Source of the DNA: Octopus vulgaris
Taxonomy: Eukaryota
Length of the DNA: 64,000 nucleotides
Assembly (NCBI GenBank): GCA_951406725.2
Contig: OX597818.1
Location: 130,014,001-130,078,000 of the forward strand
Direction of reading: 5' to 3'
Part shown: piece after piece, positions 28,235-40,979 of the stretch
Numbering within the stretch: the first letter of the stretch is position 1
How the letters are laid out: each line of letters starts with the position of its first letter
Translations under genes and position numbers: made by a program
The notes under the pieces: generated by a model
Databases searched by the model: none
Seen by the model: the letters and a program-made list of their open reading frames with translations, nothing else
Told to the model about the DNA's origin: nothing

Positions 28235-28281
<47 letters not shown>

Positions 28282-28307
28282 ACACACACACATATATATA
28301 TATATAT

Positions 28308-28339
<32 letters not shown>

Positions 28340-28340
28340 A

Positions 28341-28522
28341 TGAAGGGGTGCTGTAAAGTTCCTGACTTTGGGTAAAAGAAAATACAGGAGGATCAGTTAA
28401 TTATGATTTTATTAAACATATTCCCCTCTCAGATTCACACACTTATTGCAGCAGTCCTGTTAAAGTACTCAGAAGTTTGAACCTCCAACCAGGCCTTCTG
28501 CAAACTTTTCAACACCCTCTCA
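28341..28522. mobile_element. Tc1/mariner-type MITE monomer
   Basis: TA-TGAAGGGGTGCTGTAAAGTTCCT ... ACTTTTCAACACCCTCTCA. Confidence 0.75.
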
Positions 28523-28528
28523 TGTATG

Positions 28529-28576
<48 letters not shown>

Positions 28577-28622
28577 GAAAGAATGGAGTTGAACGACGAA
28601 TTAACAAAATTCCTTTATTTTA

Positions 28623-28705
28623 TTTTCGACATATGTTTCGAAGGCTGCATATTCCTAATTTCGAAGAAATAAGGGGTGCATTATGCCGCCTTCTCATCAG
28701 GAAAA
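28623..28705 (-). ncRNA. Type-I hammerhead ribozyme with a canonical core, in a ~380-bp element (28569-28950) flanked by (TA)n
   Basis: Minus: ttttc-CTGATGA-gaaggcggcata...tatgcagccttc-GAAA-catatg-TC-gaaaa, then AATAAA; 5-bp stem I, 11 of 12 bp stem II, palindromic ACATATGT, GUC site. Confidence 0.75.
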
Positions 28706-28975
28706 GTAAGGAACTTATGTCAGCATCAAGATGCACAAAAACGTTTAGATGCCTGCCCACACGGAGCCCATAGCGATAATTTCATTTATTTGTATTAAAA
28801 AAAAACACACAAATTTCCACACGATAGCACGTGATTTCTGTCCTAGGCATGTAGCTTCAACCGTGTTTTTCTGACGTGAATTAGCTACCCAGGTATTGGT
28901 TAACCGAATTATCCATAATAAGATAATTCATTCAACTACTCAATTATTCTATATATATATAGTGACACGTGCTGG

Positions 28976-29322
28976 TGGTGCTTTTACGTGTCACCGGTAC
29001 GGGGCCAGGCGATGCTGGCAACGGACACGAGCCATCCGTTCGTGTCCGTTGCCAGCATCGCCTGGCCCCGTGCTGGTGACACGTAAAAGCACCATCTGTT
29101 CGTGGCCGTTGCCAGCTCTGTCTGGCACCTGTGCAGGTGGCACGTAAAAAGCACCCACTACACTCACGGAGTGGTTGGCGTTAGGAAGGGCATCCAGCCG
29201 TAGAAACACTGCCAGATCTGACTGGGCCTGACGAAGCCTTCCAGCTTCACAGACCCCAGTTGAACTGTCCAACCCATGCTAGCATGGAAAGCGGACGCTA
29301 AATGATGATGATGATGATGATG

Positions 29323-29323
<1 letters not shown>
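28976..29323 (+). mobile_element. Family C retroposon ((GAT)n tail) with an inverted 5' segment
   Basis: GGCACGTAAAAAGCACCCACTACACTCACGGAGTGGTTGGCGTTAGGAAGGGCATCCAGC...CATGCTAGCATGGAAAGCGGACG-(GAT)n. Confidence 0.9.
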
Positions 29324-29354
<31 letters not shown>

Positions 29355-30092
29355 GAAGAAAGAGGGCAAGAGAGGTGCAAATATAACTATGTGGCTAGAA
29401 GCTTGCATTGCAAGGGCATAGTTTCAAATTCAGCTTCATTATGTGGTAACCTGGGCAATTATATTCTTATAGTCCCTTACTGGCCCTTTAAGTCAATATG
29501 ATACATAGAAAATATGTTGAAGTCCATCATATACATACATATATATATATATACATACATATATATATATATATACATACATATATATATATCATCATCA
29601 TCATCGTATGTATATATATACATACATATATATATATGCGTGCGTGTGTGTGTGTAGATGCACTTGTGGTTGCCTCTAACCACATGACAACTGCAGTTGG
29701 TTTGTTGAAATCCCCATAACTAATTAGTTTGTTAAAAAAGTGACCAATAGAATATTCCAAATTTTCTCAGGTTTCCTTGTCATTTAGAAAGGGAATCTGA
29801 TTTTCAGACAAGTTGTACTGCATCGGTCACTCATATTTACATATCTCATATCACCTGATCCCCATATAATATTTATATAATTAACCTGTAAAAGGAGAAA
29901 ACACCTATCTTCTTATAAATGTATCTGGTTATTGTTGATTTTGAAGCTATTCCTAATGGGGTTAGCTATCATTGCTGGTTCTGGTCACATATGAATTGAG
30001 ATATAGAAAGAAATATATGTGTCTACCAAGTTATATCAAGGCCTTAAACATACACTCTTAATTTTTGCCATTTTACTAAATGCATCATGGGT

Positions 30093-30445
30093 TTTCAGTC
30101 ATTTGGACTGTGGCCATGCTGGAGTACAGCCTTAAAAGGTTTAGTCAAACAATCAGCCCTGGTACTTATTTTTTAAAATCTTGTACTTATGATATTGGTC
30201 TCTTTTGCTGAACTGCAAAACTACAGGGACATAACCAAACCAACACAGCTTATCAAGTGGGGAAGGGACAAACATATATACACATACACACCCACAGACA
30301 TGACCAATTTCCACCAAGTTCACTGACTAGGCATTGGTTGGCCCAAGGCTATTGCGGAAGGTACCCGCCACTGGTACCATGCAGTGAGACTGAACCCTGA
30401 AGCCATGTGACAGCAAAGCAAGCGTCTTAACCACACAGCCATTCC
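30093..30445 (-). mobile_element. SINE family A, degraded
   Basis: TTTCAGTCATTTGGACTGTGGCCATGCTGGAG tail; CTTAACCACACAGCC head. Confidence 0.75.
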
Positions 30446-30567
30446 TTCAGAAATCTGTTTGAGGAAGGCATGAATGACACTAATATCATTTCAACAATAA
30501 GTCATTGTTTTTCTTTTGTAAATGATAAGAGAAGAAAATTTGCAACAAACAAAACAAAATATAGCCC

Positions 30568-30757
30568 AGCAATTTTGGGGAGGGGTGTAAGTCAATTACA
30601 TTAATCCCAGTACTCAACTGGTACTCATTTAATCATCTCTGAAAGGATGAAAGACCACGTCAACCTTGATGGAATTTGAACTCAGAACATTGAAGTGGAC
30701 GAAAAGCTGCTAAGCACTTTGCCCAGTGTGCTAACAATTCTGCCAGCTTGCTGCCTT
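30568..30757 (-). mobile_element. SINE family B, degraded
   Basis: GAAAGGATGAAAG...GGAATTTGAACTCAGAAC...TCTGCCAGCTTGC. Confidence 0.75.
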
Positions 30758-30788
30758 AGAAATAAAACAAAATATTGAACAGCATTAA

Positions 30789-31010
30789 CCCTTTAGTGTT
30801 CGCATTATTCTGCCAAAATTAATGCTTCTTCATCCACTTTGTTTTGAACTAATGATTCATTAATCTTGTAGCTATGAAATTTTGATGAGGTAGCTGTTAA
30901 TTTTTAAAATGATATTGTAGGGCTGGTGTGAGAGACCAGATAGGGCTAGTTTGAGCATAAAACAGGTAGAATATTTTTGGCTGGATATGGCCGGTTTAAA
31001 TACTAAAGGG
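30789..31010. mobile_element. piggyBac-type MITE family P1, intact, 222 bp
   Basis: TTAA-CCCTTTAGTGTT ... AATACTAAAGGG-TTAA. Confidence 0.85.
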
Positions 31011-31283
31011 TTAAATCTCTGCTCTACAGACTGCTGGCTTGCTGTCTTTATAATAACAACTCATGGGAACCAAAGGAATTCCTACTTCCATAAATTTCCT
31101 TATTTCTATTTTCATGTGTCTGTTTATAGACCTTCATTGGATTGTTCCAATATGCAAAATATTTTGATTACATCTTTTCTTTCATTCCATTGTTACATTT
31201 ATTTAAAGCATGCTACGCAAACACACAAATACCATAATATTATAGTTATTGTTTATTTCTAAACGTGTATTTATATATATATA

Positions 31284-31512
31284 TTTCTTTACTGCCCACA
31301 AGGGGCTAAACATAGAGGGGACAAACAAGGACAGACAAAGGGATTAAGTCGATTACATCGACCCCAGTGCGTAACTGGTACTTTATTTATCAACCCCGAA
31401 AGGATGAAAGGCAAAGTCGACCTCGGCGGAATTTGAACTCAGAACGTAACGGCAGACGAAATACCACTAAGCATTTCGCCCAGCGTGCTAACGTTTCTGC
31501 CAGCTCACCGCC
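31284..31512 (-). mobile_element. SINE family B, full length
   Basis: Reverse complement of 60462-60691 with few differences. Confidence 0.92.
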
Positions 31513-31586
31513 TTTTAATTTATATATTTATATATATATTTATATATATATGTATATTTATATATATATATTTATATATATATGTA

Positions 31587-31649
<63 letters not shown>

Positions 31650-32271
31650 TTATATATTTATATATATATGTGAGTGTGTGTGTATTGTGAATAGATAGGG
31701 ATACAATATCCAGGTGGGTATCATTCAGGCATTTAGTTGTAACTCAGGTTAAGTCTTACTGCATCAAGTTCTGCTGAGCACCTAGAATTACTTGAGGTAA
31801 GCAATCCCACTGTATTTTATCCGATGTGTAAATCCTAGTTTTGCTTCTCTGGATCATGACTATTTAACCAAGTGTATACCCAGTACAAAAAGAAAAGTGT
31901 ACAGAAATTAGTATATTTGCATAAATTTTTTATTATTATTTCTACAGTCAATTACAGCATATTTGATTTAAGTTTGTCTAACGCATGTTTCTGCTGGATA
32001 GACATCTAGTGATTGCATCTGCACCCAGTTATTCTCAACCAGTGACTAGTCTATGTGCCTTTATTCAAGGTCCATTCACTGAAGTGGACTGAAATGAACT
32101 AAGTGTGTATATTTTTGGCTAGTGATATATTTCTGATAGTTGCCTACAATTTTTGAGTGCAAATTATGTGAGAGTAAGATTTGGTAACCTGATCTGGCTA
32201 TAATGAATGCTATTATGTTGATCCTAATCACTAAGCTACACAACTCAAGATACATATGTATGCATGTATGC

Positions 32272-32303
<32 letters not shown>

Positions 32304-32328
32304 GTTTAATAATATATATACATATATT

Positions 32329-32667
32329 GCAGGAGTGGCTGTGAGGTAAGTAGCTTGTTTACCAACCACATGGTTCCGGGTTCAGTCCCACTGCATGGCA
32401 CCTTGGGTAAGTGTCTTCTACTATAGCCTCGGGCCAACCAAAGCCTTGTGAGTGGATTTGGTAAATGGAAACTGAAAGAAGCCCGTCGTATATATGTATA
32501 TATATATATATACGTATGTGTGTTTGTGTGTCTGTGTTTGTCCCCCTAGCATTGCTTGACAACCGATGCTGGTGTGTTTATGTCCCCGTTACTTAGCGGT
32601 TCGGCAAAAGAGACCGATAGAATAAGTACTGGGCTTACAAAAGAATAAGTCCCGGGGTCGAGTTGTT
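32329..32667 (+). mobile_element. SINE family A, lacking its tail
   Basis: Nearly identical to 20136-20475. Confidence 0.92.
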
Positions 32668-32916
32668 GCTTTTAATGATGATGATATCAAGTAATGTTAC
32701 ACACCTTATTTTGTAAACATTCTGATATATATATATACGACATTACAACCAGCCAGGCAAAGTCTTCGCTACATTTGCGGCACCTGCCAGAGGGAGTGTT
32801 TGTCCAGGATAGGAGTACACAGCCACAGCAGGAAAATGTATTAGGACATGAAATGTAAAAGCCGGACTAGATTATTTTATGTGCAACTCCATTGTCTCCT
32901 GAAACAAAAAGGATGC

Positions 32917-32961
<45 letters not shown>

Positions 32962-33105
32962 TATGTTTTACTCTTTATCTTTTATTAAACTTTTAATACT
33001 TTTGATATATATTTAAAATAATATAAATTAATTAATTTTATGTATTGGCTTATGTTTTTCATTGTTTGATTTGCCTAATAGTGGTTTTATCTCTAATTTA
33101 ATATA

Positions 33106-33146
<41 letters not shown>

Positions 33147-33148
<2 letters not shown>

Positions 33149-33300
33149 GGAGTGGTTGGCGTTAGGAAGGGCATCCAGCTGTAGAAACACTGCCAGATCT
33201 GACTGGCCTGGTGCAGCCTTCGGGCTTGCCAGACCCCAGTTGAACCGTCCAACCCATGCTAGCATGGAAAGCGGACGTTAAACGATGATGATGATGATGA
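33147..33300 (+). mobile_element. Family C retroposon 3' end within (TA)n
   Basis: CGGAGTGGTTGGCGTTAGGAAGGGCATCCAGC...GGACGTTAAAC(GAT)n. Confidence 0.9.
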
Positions 33301-34521
33301 TATATATATATATATATATACACATACATATATAGGTTAGTGGACACTGGAGACTGAGAGAATTGGTAGATCATCAGACAAACTAATGATCTACTGATTT
33401 TGTTGTTCCTTTCCATTCTGAGTTCAAGTCCCACTGAGGTTGATTTTGCTTTTCATCCTTCTGGGGCTCAGATAGAAATATACCAATAAATTTCAGGGTC
33501 AACATAATCAACTGTTCTCTCCAAAGCAAAATATGTGACGGAAGGAGAGAAAGAAGGGGCTGGAGAGAGAGAGAAAGAGAGAGTCAAAGAGAAGGATGTA
33601 AAACAAGAGCAAGAGACAATCTTCTGCTTCTTGTAATCTTTTATATAATGTCCCTCTCTTACACTGTAAACCTCTGAAAACAAAACAAAAGACATTTTCC
33701 TGAGTAATTTTTGAAATAGTTCTTTTGGCAAGGTCGATTACATTGTGAGCAACAACAAATTTCTAGTAACTGCATTAATATAATACTGAACTGCATGCTG
33801 TCATATTGCAATCAGTTGTGGATTTCAACAGCTTTGCAGCAAATTTAGCTGTTCCTGTTGTTGTTACTGCCTGATGTTGCTGCAAATATTTCAGTCGGAG
33901 ACAATTTAGAAGCCACAATAGTCGAAATTTGACCACAATGAAGGCAAAAGTTTTACTCAAACAAAAATGATTCAATAATATGCTTTTTGTTGTTCTTTTG
34001 TATTTCCACCCCTTTTTTTTGTAAAGAGAAACAATTGAAATACTTGTTTGTTTATATATTTTTTTTTCTGTTTGGTTTATTTGCTACAGTTTTCCTTTTT
34101 ATGTTGTTTTGGGTTGTTTTTGAAAAAATTTTGTTTTCAAATTCTTATTTAAAAAAATTGAAAATTTTAAAGAAAATGCAATTTAATTTTTATTTATCTA
34201 TTTCTCAACTTGATTTTTCTTCTTTTTCTTTTTTTCTTTTTCCATCAATCATCATGTAAAGACCCTGTGAAGCGTCTGCCAGATTGTCAATGCATGGAAT
34301 GTCTGGTGCCGTTCTTGTTTGTTGTGCATAGCATGGATTTTTTCCCAGATTTTTGTTTTCATCTTTATCCTAAAGATTTAAATGCCACCCGCTTTAAACA
34401 AGGAAGATTTTGCAGTGCTTCCTACAGAGTGTCCAAATTCTACCTACTTCCATGAAAGAAGAGACAAAATGCAAACAATATAAAAACAAAAATAACTGTT
34501 TCTGCTGAAAGTATGTGAGTC

Positions 34522-34564
<43 letters not shown>

Positions 34565-34597
34565 CATCATCATCAACGTTTATATATATATATATGA

Positions 34598-34979
34598 TGG
34601 AAGCACTCCGTCGGTTACGACGACGAGTGTTCCGGTTGATCCGAATCAACGGAGCAGCCTGCTCGTGAAATTAACGTGTAAGTGGCTGAGCACTCCACAG
34701 ACACGTGTACCCTTAACATAGTTCTCGGGGATATTCAGCATGACACAGAGAGTGACAAGGCCGGCCGTTTGAAATACAGGTACAACAGAAACAGGACGTA
34801 AGAGTGAGAGAAAGTTGTGGTGAAAGAGTACAGCAGGGATCACCACCATCCCTGCCGGAGCCTCGTGGAGCTTTAGGTGTTTTCGCTCAATAAACACTCA
34901 CAACGCTCGGTCTGGGAATCGAAACCGTGATCCTATGACCGCGAGTCCACTGCCCTAACCACTGGGCCATTGCGCCTCC
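34598..34979 (-). mobile_element. tRNA-derived SINE family D, full length
   Basis: Minus: GGAGGCGCAATGGCCCAGTGGTTAGGGCAG...GGTTTCGATTCCCAG (A and B boxes); near identical to 47024-47413. Confidence 0.92.
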
Positions 34980-35626
34980 ACATATATATATATATTTATG
35001 TATACTCTTTTAACTGTTTCAGTCATATGAAACGGTTCTGCCAGCTCGCCGCCTATGTATCTTATATATACATGTATGCATGTCTATGCATATACATGTG
35101 TGTGTAACGTGATGATAGATTTTTCAAATTGTTAACTATATAATTTGATGTTAACTAAAATGCAAGTGGGTATTGAGCTAAAACGAAAGTATAGTGTTAA
35201 ACTGTTAACACGTTAAAACTATGGAATACGAGTTCCTGTAAGAGCAAAATTACAGACTATATTCTGAAATTAATGGTTATACCTTTTAGTTTCCATAAGC
35301 ATGAAATCCTGTAACCTGAGGTAGCTGTAATGTGGAGGATGCCTGTATATGTATACATACATACACCTATATACATATGTATGTACATATGCATACATAC
35401 ATATATGCATACATATGTATATGATATATATATATATATTTATATATATATGCATATACGGGTACAGAATGTCACCAACTGTGTAAACAACATGAAATAT
35501 GAAAACAAGCAAGTTAAATATGCAAACAACGAGAGAAAAATGGAAAGCAGGAGAAGTAAATACAGGGAATGTCCCTTCATCAGTTGTCAGCTGTCTATCT
35601 ACTCCTCATTTTGAACAATATATATA

Positions 35627-36678
35627 TGAACTGAACTGAATCAATTTCAGCTTGTGAGCTGTGGCCATGCTGGGGTACCACTCTTTGGTGTTGCTACATT
35701 ACTTTTACTTCACCAATTCATTTTGGAACTTGACATTTGGTGCATAAGGGGAGTTTGCCATCGCTGCCCTCATTTGCACTTCACGTTGTGAAAGTTAGTT
35801 CATATGGGACTCTTAAGAGTAAGAGACCTAGTTTTGTTTTGAAGACACCTACTACTGCTTGATTTCCATCTTTCAGAAAGTCATGCAGAAAGTCAATCGC
35901 CTGACTATGCAGTTTGTGACATATCATTCCATGATCAACTTTGTCAAAAGCCTTTGCAAAGTTGAGGTATATCACATCCACATTTGAGTGGTTGAGGAGC
36001 TGTTTCAACACCCGGTCATAATGTTGTAAGAGCTGAGTTAGGTAGCTTTTTCCTGTTGGTTGTCAGTCAGCAAGTCATTTGCCTCAAGGAAGGTGATTAG
36101 TTTTCTTCTAACTATTCGTTCCATGACTTTGCTGATGTGTGAGGTCAGCGAGATAGGTCTGTAGTTTTTGGCCTCTGTTCTGCTACCTCCTTTATGAATG
36201 GGGCATATTTTACCTTTCTCCAGATTGCTTGGAAGTTTGCCAGTTGTAAGGAAACTCTGGAAGAGATACTACAGTGGTCTTGCTAGGACTTGCTTACATG
36301 CTTTGAGAAGGATTGCTGGGAATCCATCAGGGCCAGTAGCTGAATTTGGGTTCATTTATTCTATAGCCCTTATCACATCGTCTTCTTTTATATTGATGTA
36401 ATCAATCATCACTGCCTCTGTTTTTGTATCTGCAGTGGCAAAAACGTCAGCTGGACTGCTGACTTGCAAGTGTCCTACAGATGGAATGAAAACACTTTTG
36501 AATTGTTCATTGAGTATTTCACTTATCCTCATTGAATTTCCTATGAGTGAACCATCTTTCTCGAGGAGTAGCCCTACCCTGCACTGCACCGAGGTTGTTT
36601 CTTTGGCAAACTTGTAGAATGCTCTGGGGTTAGATCTTATATTGTCTATAGCCCAGGCTTCTTTTTCTGCTCTTTCTT
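35627..36678 (-). mobile_element. CR1-clade LINE ORF2 (reverse transcriptase) remnant with an internal deletion and retained 3' end
   Basis: Minus-strand peptides KNYRPISLTSHISKVMERIV and NVDVIYLNFAKAFDKVDHG, C-terminal VFKTKL..LLRVP; frameshifts; 3' tail CCCCAGCATGGCCACAGCTCACAAGCTGAAA. Confidence 0.9.
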
Positions 36679-36700
36679 ATATGTATATATTTATATGTGT

Positions 36701-37021
36701 GAGGGCGCGTGGCTTAGTGGTTAGGGCATTCGGCTCATGATCGTAAGGTTGTGAGTTCGATTCCCGGCGACGCGTTGTGTCCTTGAGCAAGACACTTTAT
36801 TTCACGTTGCTCCAGTCCACTCAGCTGGCAAAAATGAGTTGTACTTGTACTTCAAAGGGTCAGCCTTGTCACTCTCTGTGTCACGCTGATTATCCCCGAG
36901 AACTACGTTAAGGGTACACGTGTCTGTGGAATGCTCAGCCATTTGCACGTTAATTTCACGAGCAAACTGTTCCGTTGATCGTATCAGCTGGGACCCTCGT
37001 CGTCGTAACCGGCGGAGTCTT
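36701..37021 (+). mobile_element. tRNA-derived SINE family E (CORE-like centre) sharing its 3' body with family D
   Basis: GAGGGCGCGTGGCTTAGTGGTTAGGG...GAGTTCGATTCCC...TTGTGTCCTTGAGCAAGACACTT; 3' part CCTTGTCACTCTCTGTGTCACGCTG...GTCGTAACCG. Confidence 0.92.
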
Positions 37022-37903
37022 TAATATTTATATGTACATATATACATACGTATATAAGTACATAAATATTTAGAAACACACACACACACATATATATATA
37101 CATACATACATATACACATACAATACATAGATACATACATATATATATATGTGTGTATACTTTTTGTCAAAACACTCTTGCAGAATCATAAAGCTCACAA
37201 ATCGAATACAGGACCATTACCAGTTAATGAGAGCTATGCATACACATGTGTGTGCAGACCTGGGCAAGATTTTTGTGGTGGGAGGAAGACTAGAAGTTGT
37301 CTCATGAATATATGCCTCCCCTCTCCACACCTGAGATGTTTATCAAAATAAAGTGGCGACTGACTTGGGTCAAAGCATGCTAGCACCAGTACCTTTACAA
37401 TGTTGCTGTTAGTACACAGAGAGCAGGAACAGATATTGCAAGACATCTAGCTGAATCCTCCAATGAATCCGATAATCCTCTGCCCTGCACTGGTACTTTT
37501 CATGAATCCTAAAAAGGATGAAGGACTAATTTCATCCAGTCATTTTTCTTGCACACTTCATATACAATGGTCATTCCAAAATAATTTGAACTGGCAAACA
37601 CACTATACCCATCCCGATGCTTCTTGATCACTGATTGAGGACAGCTCAAGAGTAATGACATTTTGGATTTTGCCCTGCCTTCCTACAATATTATGAATTA
37701 CAATCTATGGTGTGAAGAACAAACATTTGAAATGCAAATCCTTCTTTCCAAATAAAATGGCCTCTGGAAAGAAAGAGCAGATCAGAGCTGTAGACAGCAA
37801 TATTGTTGCATTGCTCACAAGTATTTTGTCCATTTGTGTGCAATGAGAAACTCAAATCACCCCCATTGTTACAACTTATCTAACAATAATTTCAACAACA
37901 AAT

Positions 37904-38115
37904 GCGGTGAGCTGGCAGAAGTATTAGCACGCCGGGCGAAATGCATAGCCGTATTTCGTCTGCCGTTACGTTCTGAGTTCAAATTCCGCTGAGGTCGACT
38001 TTGCCTTTCATTCTTTCGGGGTTTGATAAATTAAGTACCAGTTGTGTACTGGGGTCCATCTAACAGACTGCCGCCCCCCACCTAAAATTTCAGGCCTTGT
38101 GCCTAGATTAGAAAT
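37904..38115 (+). mobile_element. SINE family B with an alternative 3' end
   Basis: GCGGTGAGCTGGCAGAA...CTTTCGGGGTTTGATAAATTAAGTACCAG...AAATTTCAGGCCTTGTGCC. Confidence 0.85.
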
Positions 38116-38654
38116 GAATAATTTCCAGAAAAATAATTTCCAGTGCTTTAATTTAGAATTACTATATAAAAAGATTTTCTGTTGAGTGAGAGAGAAAAAT
38201 TTCTTTGAAAGTAGTTTCATCAAAAAGGAAACAAATTGTTCAGATAATGTTGATTGTCCTGTCACTCTAAACAGTATTAAATGGCTGTTCATAGCATTTT
38301 GAATTCTTTGTACATCTTCTATAATTTTCAGTGCTTTTAGTTAAAGGATGACCTAGTTACATTTTTTATTTATTTATCTGAATGACTTAGCCAGAAGAGG
38401 AAGAGCAGCTTGTTAAGACCATTTCAGAGGTATCAGAGACTTGAGAGTAAATTATCCTCAGTCCAAATATCTTGCTCAAATGCTGGCAGAAGAGTAGATT
38501 CTGCTAAACACATCCAAAGCATTAACAAGGGTGTTAAACTGGGTGACAAATTAAGTCACTCATCCATATTATCAATAATTTCCTGTGCTTGAGGAGACCT
38601 ATTGAGTCAAGTACATCAACATCAAAAAATCAAATGGAAATTGTAGTTGTGATA

Positions 38655-38847
38655 CCTGTGCCAGTGGCATATAAAAAGCACCCACTACACTTACGGAGTG
38701 GTTGGCGTTAGGAAGGGCATCCAGCTGTAGAAACACTGCCAGATCAGACTGGAGCCTGGTGCAGCCTCCTGGCTTCCCAGACCCCGGTTGAACCGTCCAA
38801 CTCATGCTAGCATGGAAAACGGATGTTAAACGATGATGATGATGATG
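38655..38847 (+). mobile_element. Family C retroposon 3' end
   Basis: AAAAAGCACCCACTACAC...GGAAGGGCATCCAGCTGTAG...(GAT)n. Confidence 0.9.
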
Positions 38848-38926
38848 AATATATCTATTGATTTGGAACTTATTTTTCACAATTACAAAGAACACCTAAC
38901 AGTAAAAAATAATCATTCCTTATATA

Positions 38927-39126
38927 GGTACAAAGCCTGAAATTTGCAGGGAAGTGAGGCTTGTCAATTATAGTGGCCCCAGTGCTCAACTGGTACTTAT
39001 TTTATTGACCCGAAAATGATGAAAGGCAAAGTTGACCTTGCTGGAATTTGAACTCAGAACACAAAGAGGTGGAAGAAATGCGACTAAGCATTTTGTCTGG
39101 CATGCTAATAAATCTGCCAGCTTGCT
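38927..39126 (-). mobile_element. SINE family B, degraded
   Basis: GATGAAAGGCAAAGTTGACC...GGAATTTGAACTCAGAAC. Confidence 0.75.
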
Positions 39127-39497
39127 ATCAATAGTACAGATAATAAAAGTAAAATTTTTCAGCAAGGAAGGATGTAGGAAAGGAACCCATATTTACATAT
39201 GATCTACATCAGCATTGGTCAGGTGTTACTCATGAGAGCTCCTGGTAATGTGTAGTTCAGTACAACCTGTTACACGATTGGACTGTCAGGTACTAAACTG
39301 GCTCCACTCCCAGACATGCTAGGGGAGAAGAGATGCTTGGAACCCAGGACCAAAGCAGTAGTAATCAGAAGGATGGATGAACATGACTGGTTCAATCTAG
39401 TAAGAGTGCAAAGACTCAGAAATTTCTGGTTAGTGCCCAATGCTGTGCAAACCTTAAGGGGCTGGGTGGATTTGAATTCAGATGAACAAAGCATTAA

Positions 39498-39719
39498 TCC
39501 TTTAGTGTTCGCATTATTCTGCCAAAATTAATCCTTTTTCATCCACATTGCCTTGAACTAATCAGGCATTATCTTGTAGCTTTGAGATTTTGATGTGGTA
39601 GCTGTTAATTTTTAAAATGACATTGTAGGGTTGGTGTGAGAGACCAGATCTGGCCAGTTTGCACATAAAACAGGCAGAATACTTTTGGCCGGATATGGCC
39701 GGTTTAAATGCTAAAGCAT
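39498..39719. mobile_element. piggyBac-type MITE family P1
   Basis: High similarity to 30789-31010; TTAA at both ends. Confidence 0.85.
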
Positions 39720-40682
39720 TAAATGATACTCAATAATGAATGATGCTTGAAATGTTATGAGTTTGGATGATCGTTCAATAGAGTGGAGGATATGGCATGA
39801 AAACTAACAAAACAGTAGACATGTTTTATATGATGTGATGTAAAGTAACTGAATCTAGCGATAAAGTACATGAAGTTCAATTTAAAAGTATGATTGATTT
39901 TTAACACTTATAAAGCATCTGAGCTGATCAATCAGGTCAACACTTTTGCACTGCACAAAAGAAGAGCACAGAATTTCTTCAAGAATATATGTGTGTGTGT
40001 GCGTGTACACAACACACACACACATACACATACACATCCTTTGTCTACTGAGATTCAGATATATTTTTTTTTATTGAATTCAAGAAAAATAAAAACATCA
40101 TTCTCCATTGTACCTTATTGTATCTTAAAAACGTTTCTATGTTCTTTAATCTAGAAGCATTAAAGTAGGTTTCGTCTCCAAAGGGTTAAATAATAATGTT
40201 TTTAATTTTTCTTTTGAAGTTGTATATAATGAGTGACAAATACATTTGCTTAACAGCTTCACATCCATTTTCTGATGTCAATTTGAATAGGATGTTATTG
40301 TAGGCTTGTACTCGAGCTTATTATTGGAAGAAATGTTTTCATTTATTTATGTATTATTTATTGTTTTTGTCACATATAGATGCTCTTCCCAGCCTGAACC
40401 AACCAACCCTGAATTGGGAATAGAACCTGTTATCATGGAAACTGAAGTGAGCAGAGTAAAGTACCTTGCCTAAGGGCACAATACAATGGCTCTAGTTAAA
40501 ATTAAAATCATGATTATCTGTTTTCTTCTCTGGCAAAAACAGATTTAACTCTTACTTCATAGCTGAGTGGTTAGTGATAGGAAGACCATCTGGCTAAAAA
40601 TACAATTGGCTTTAATAAAATAAGAAAAATGCAAAATTTTAATACACACACACACATATTATTTCTAATCACACACACACAA

Positions 40683-40761
<79 letters not shown>

Positions 40762-40948
40762 CATTATTAATAATCACATACACACGAACACACACACACA
40801 CACACACGCGTATACATACATATATATAATTATGCACACAAACATACATAGCTATTCATCCATCCATCCATCCATTCACCAATCCAGCCGTCCTTCTAAA
40901 AAGAAATATCCATCCATCCATACATGCATGCATGTATATATACATACA

Positions 40949-40979
<31 letters not shown>

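Noticed and set aside
36701-36775. tRNA-like sequences (also at 55402, 47413, 20136, 60462)
   Set aside because: A and B boxes are present but there is no proper acceptor stem and each continues into a repeated body; these are SINE heads, not tRNA genes
37590-37900. Faint resemblance to a Tc1-like transposase C-terminus
   Set aside because: Too degraded to support without a profile search
39261-39495. Open frame of about 78 codons on the plus strand in unique-looking sequence
   Set aside because: No recognisable domain, runs into a MITE; more likely old transposon debris
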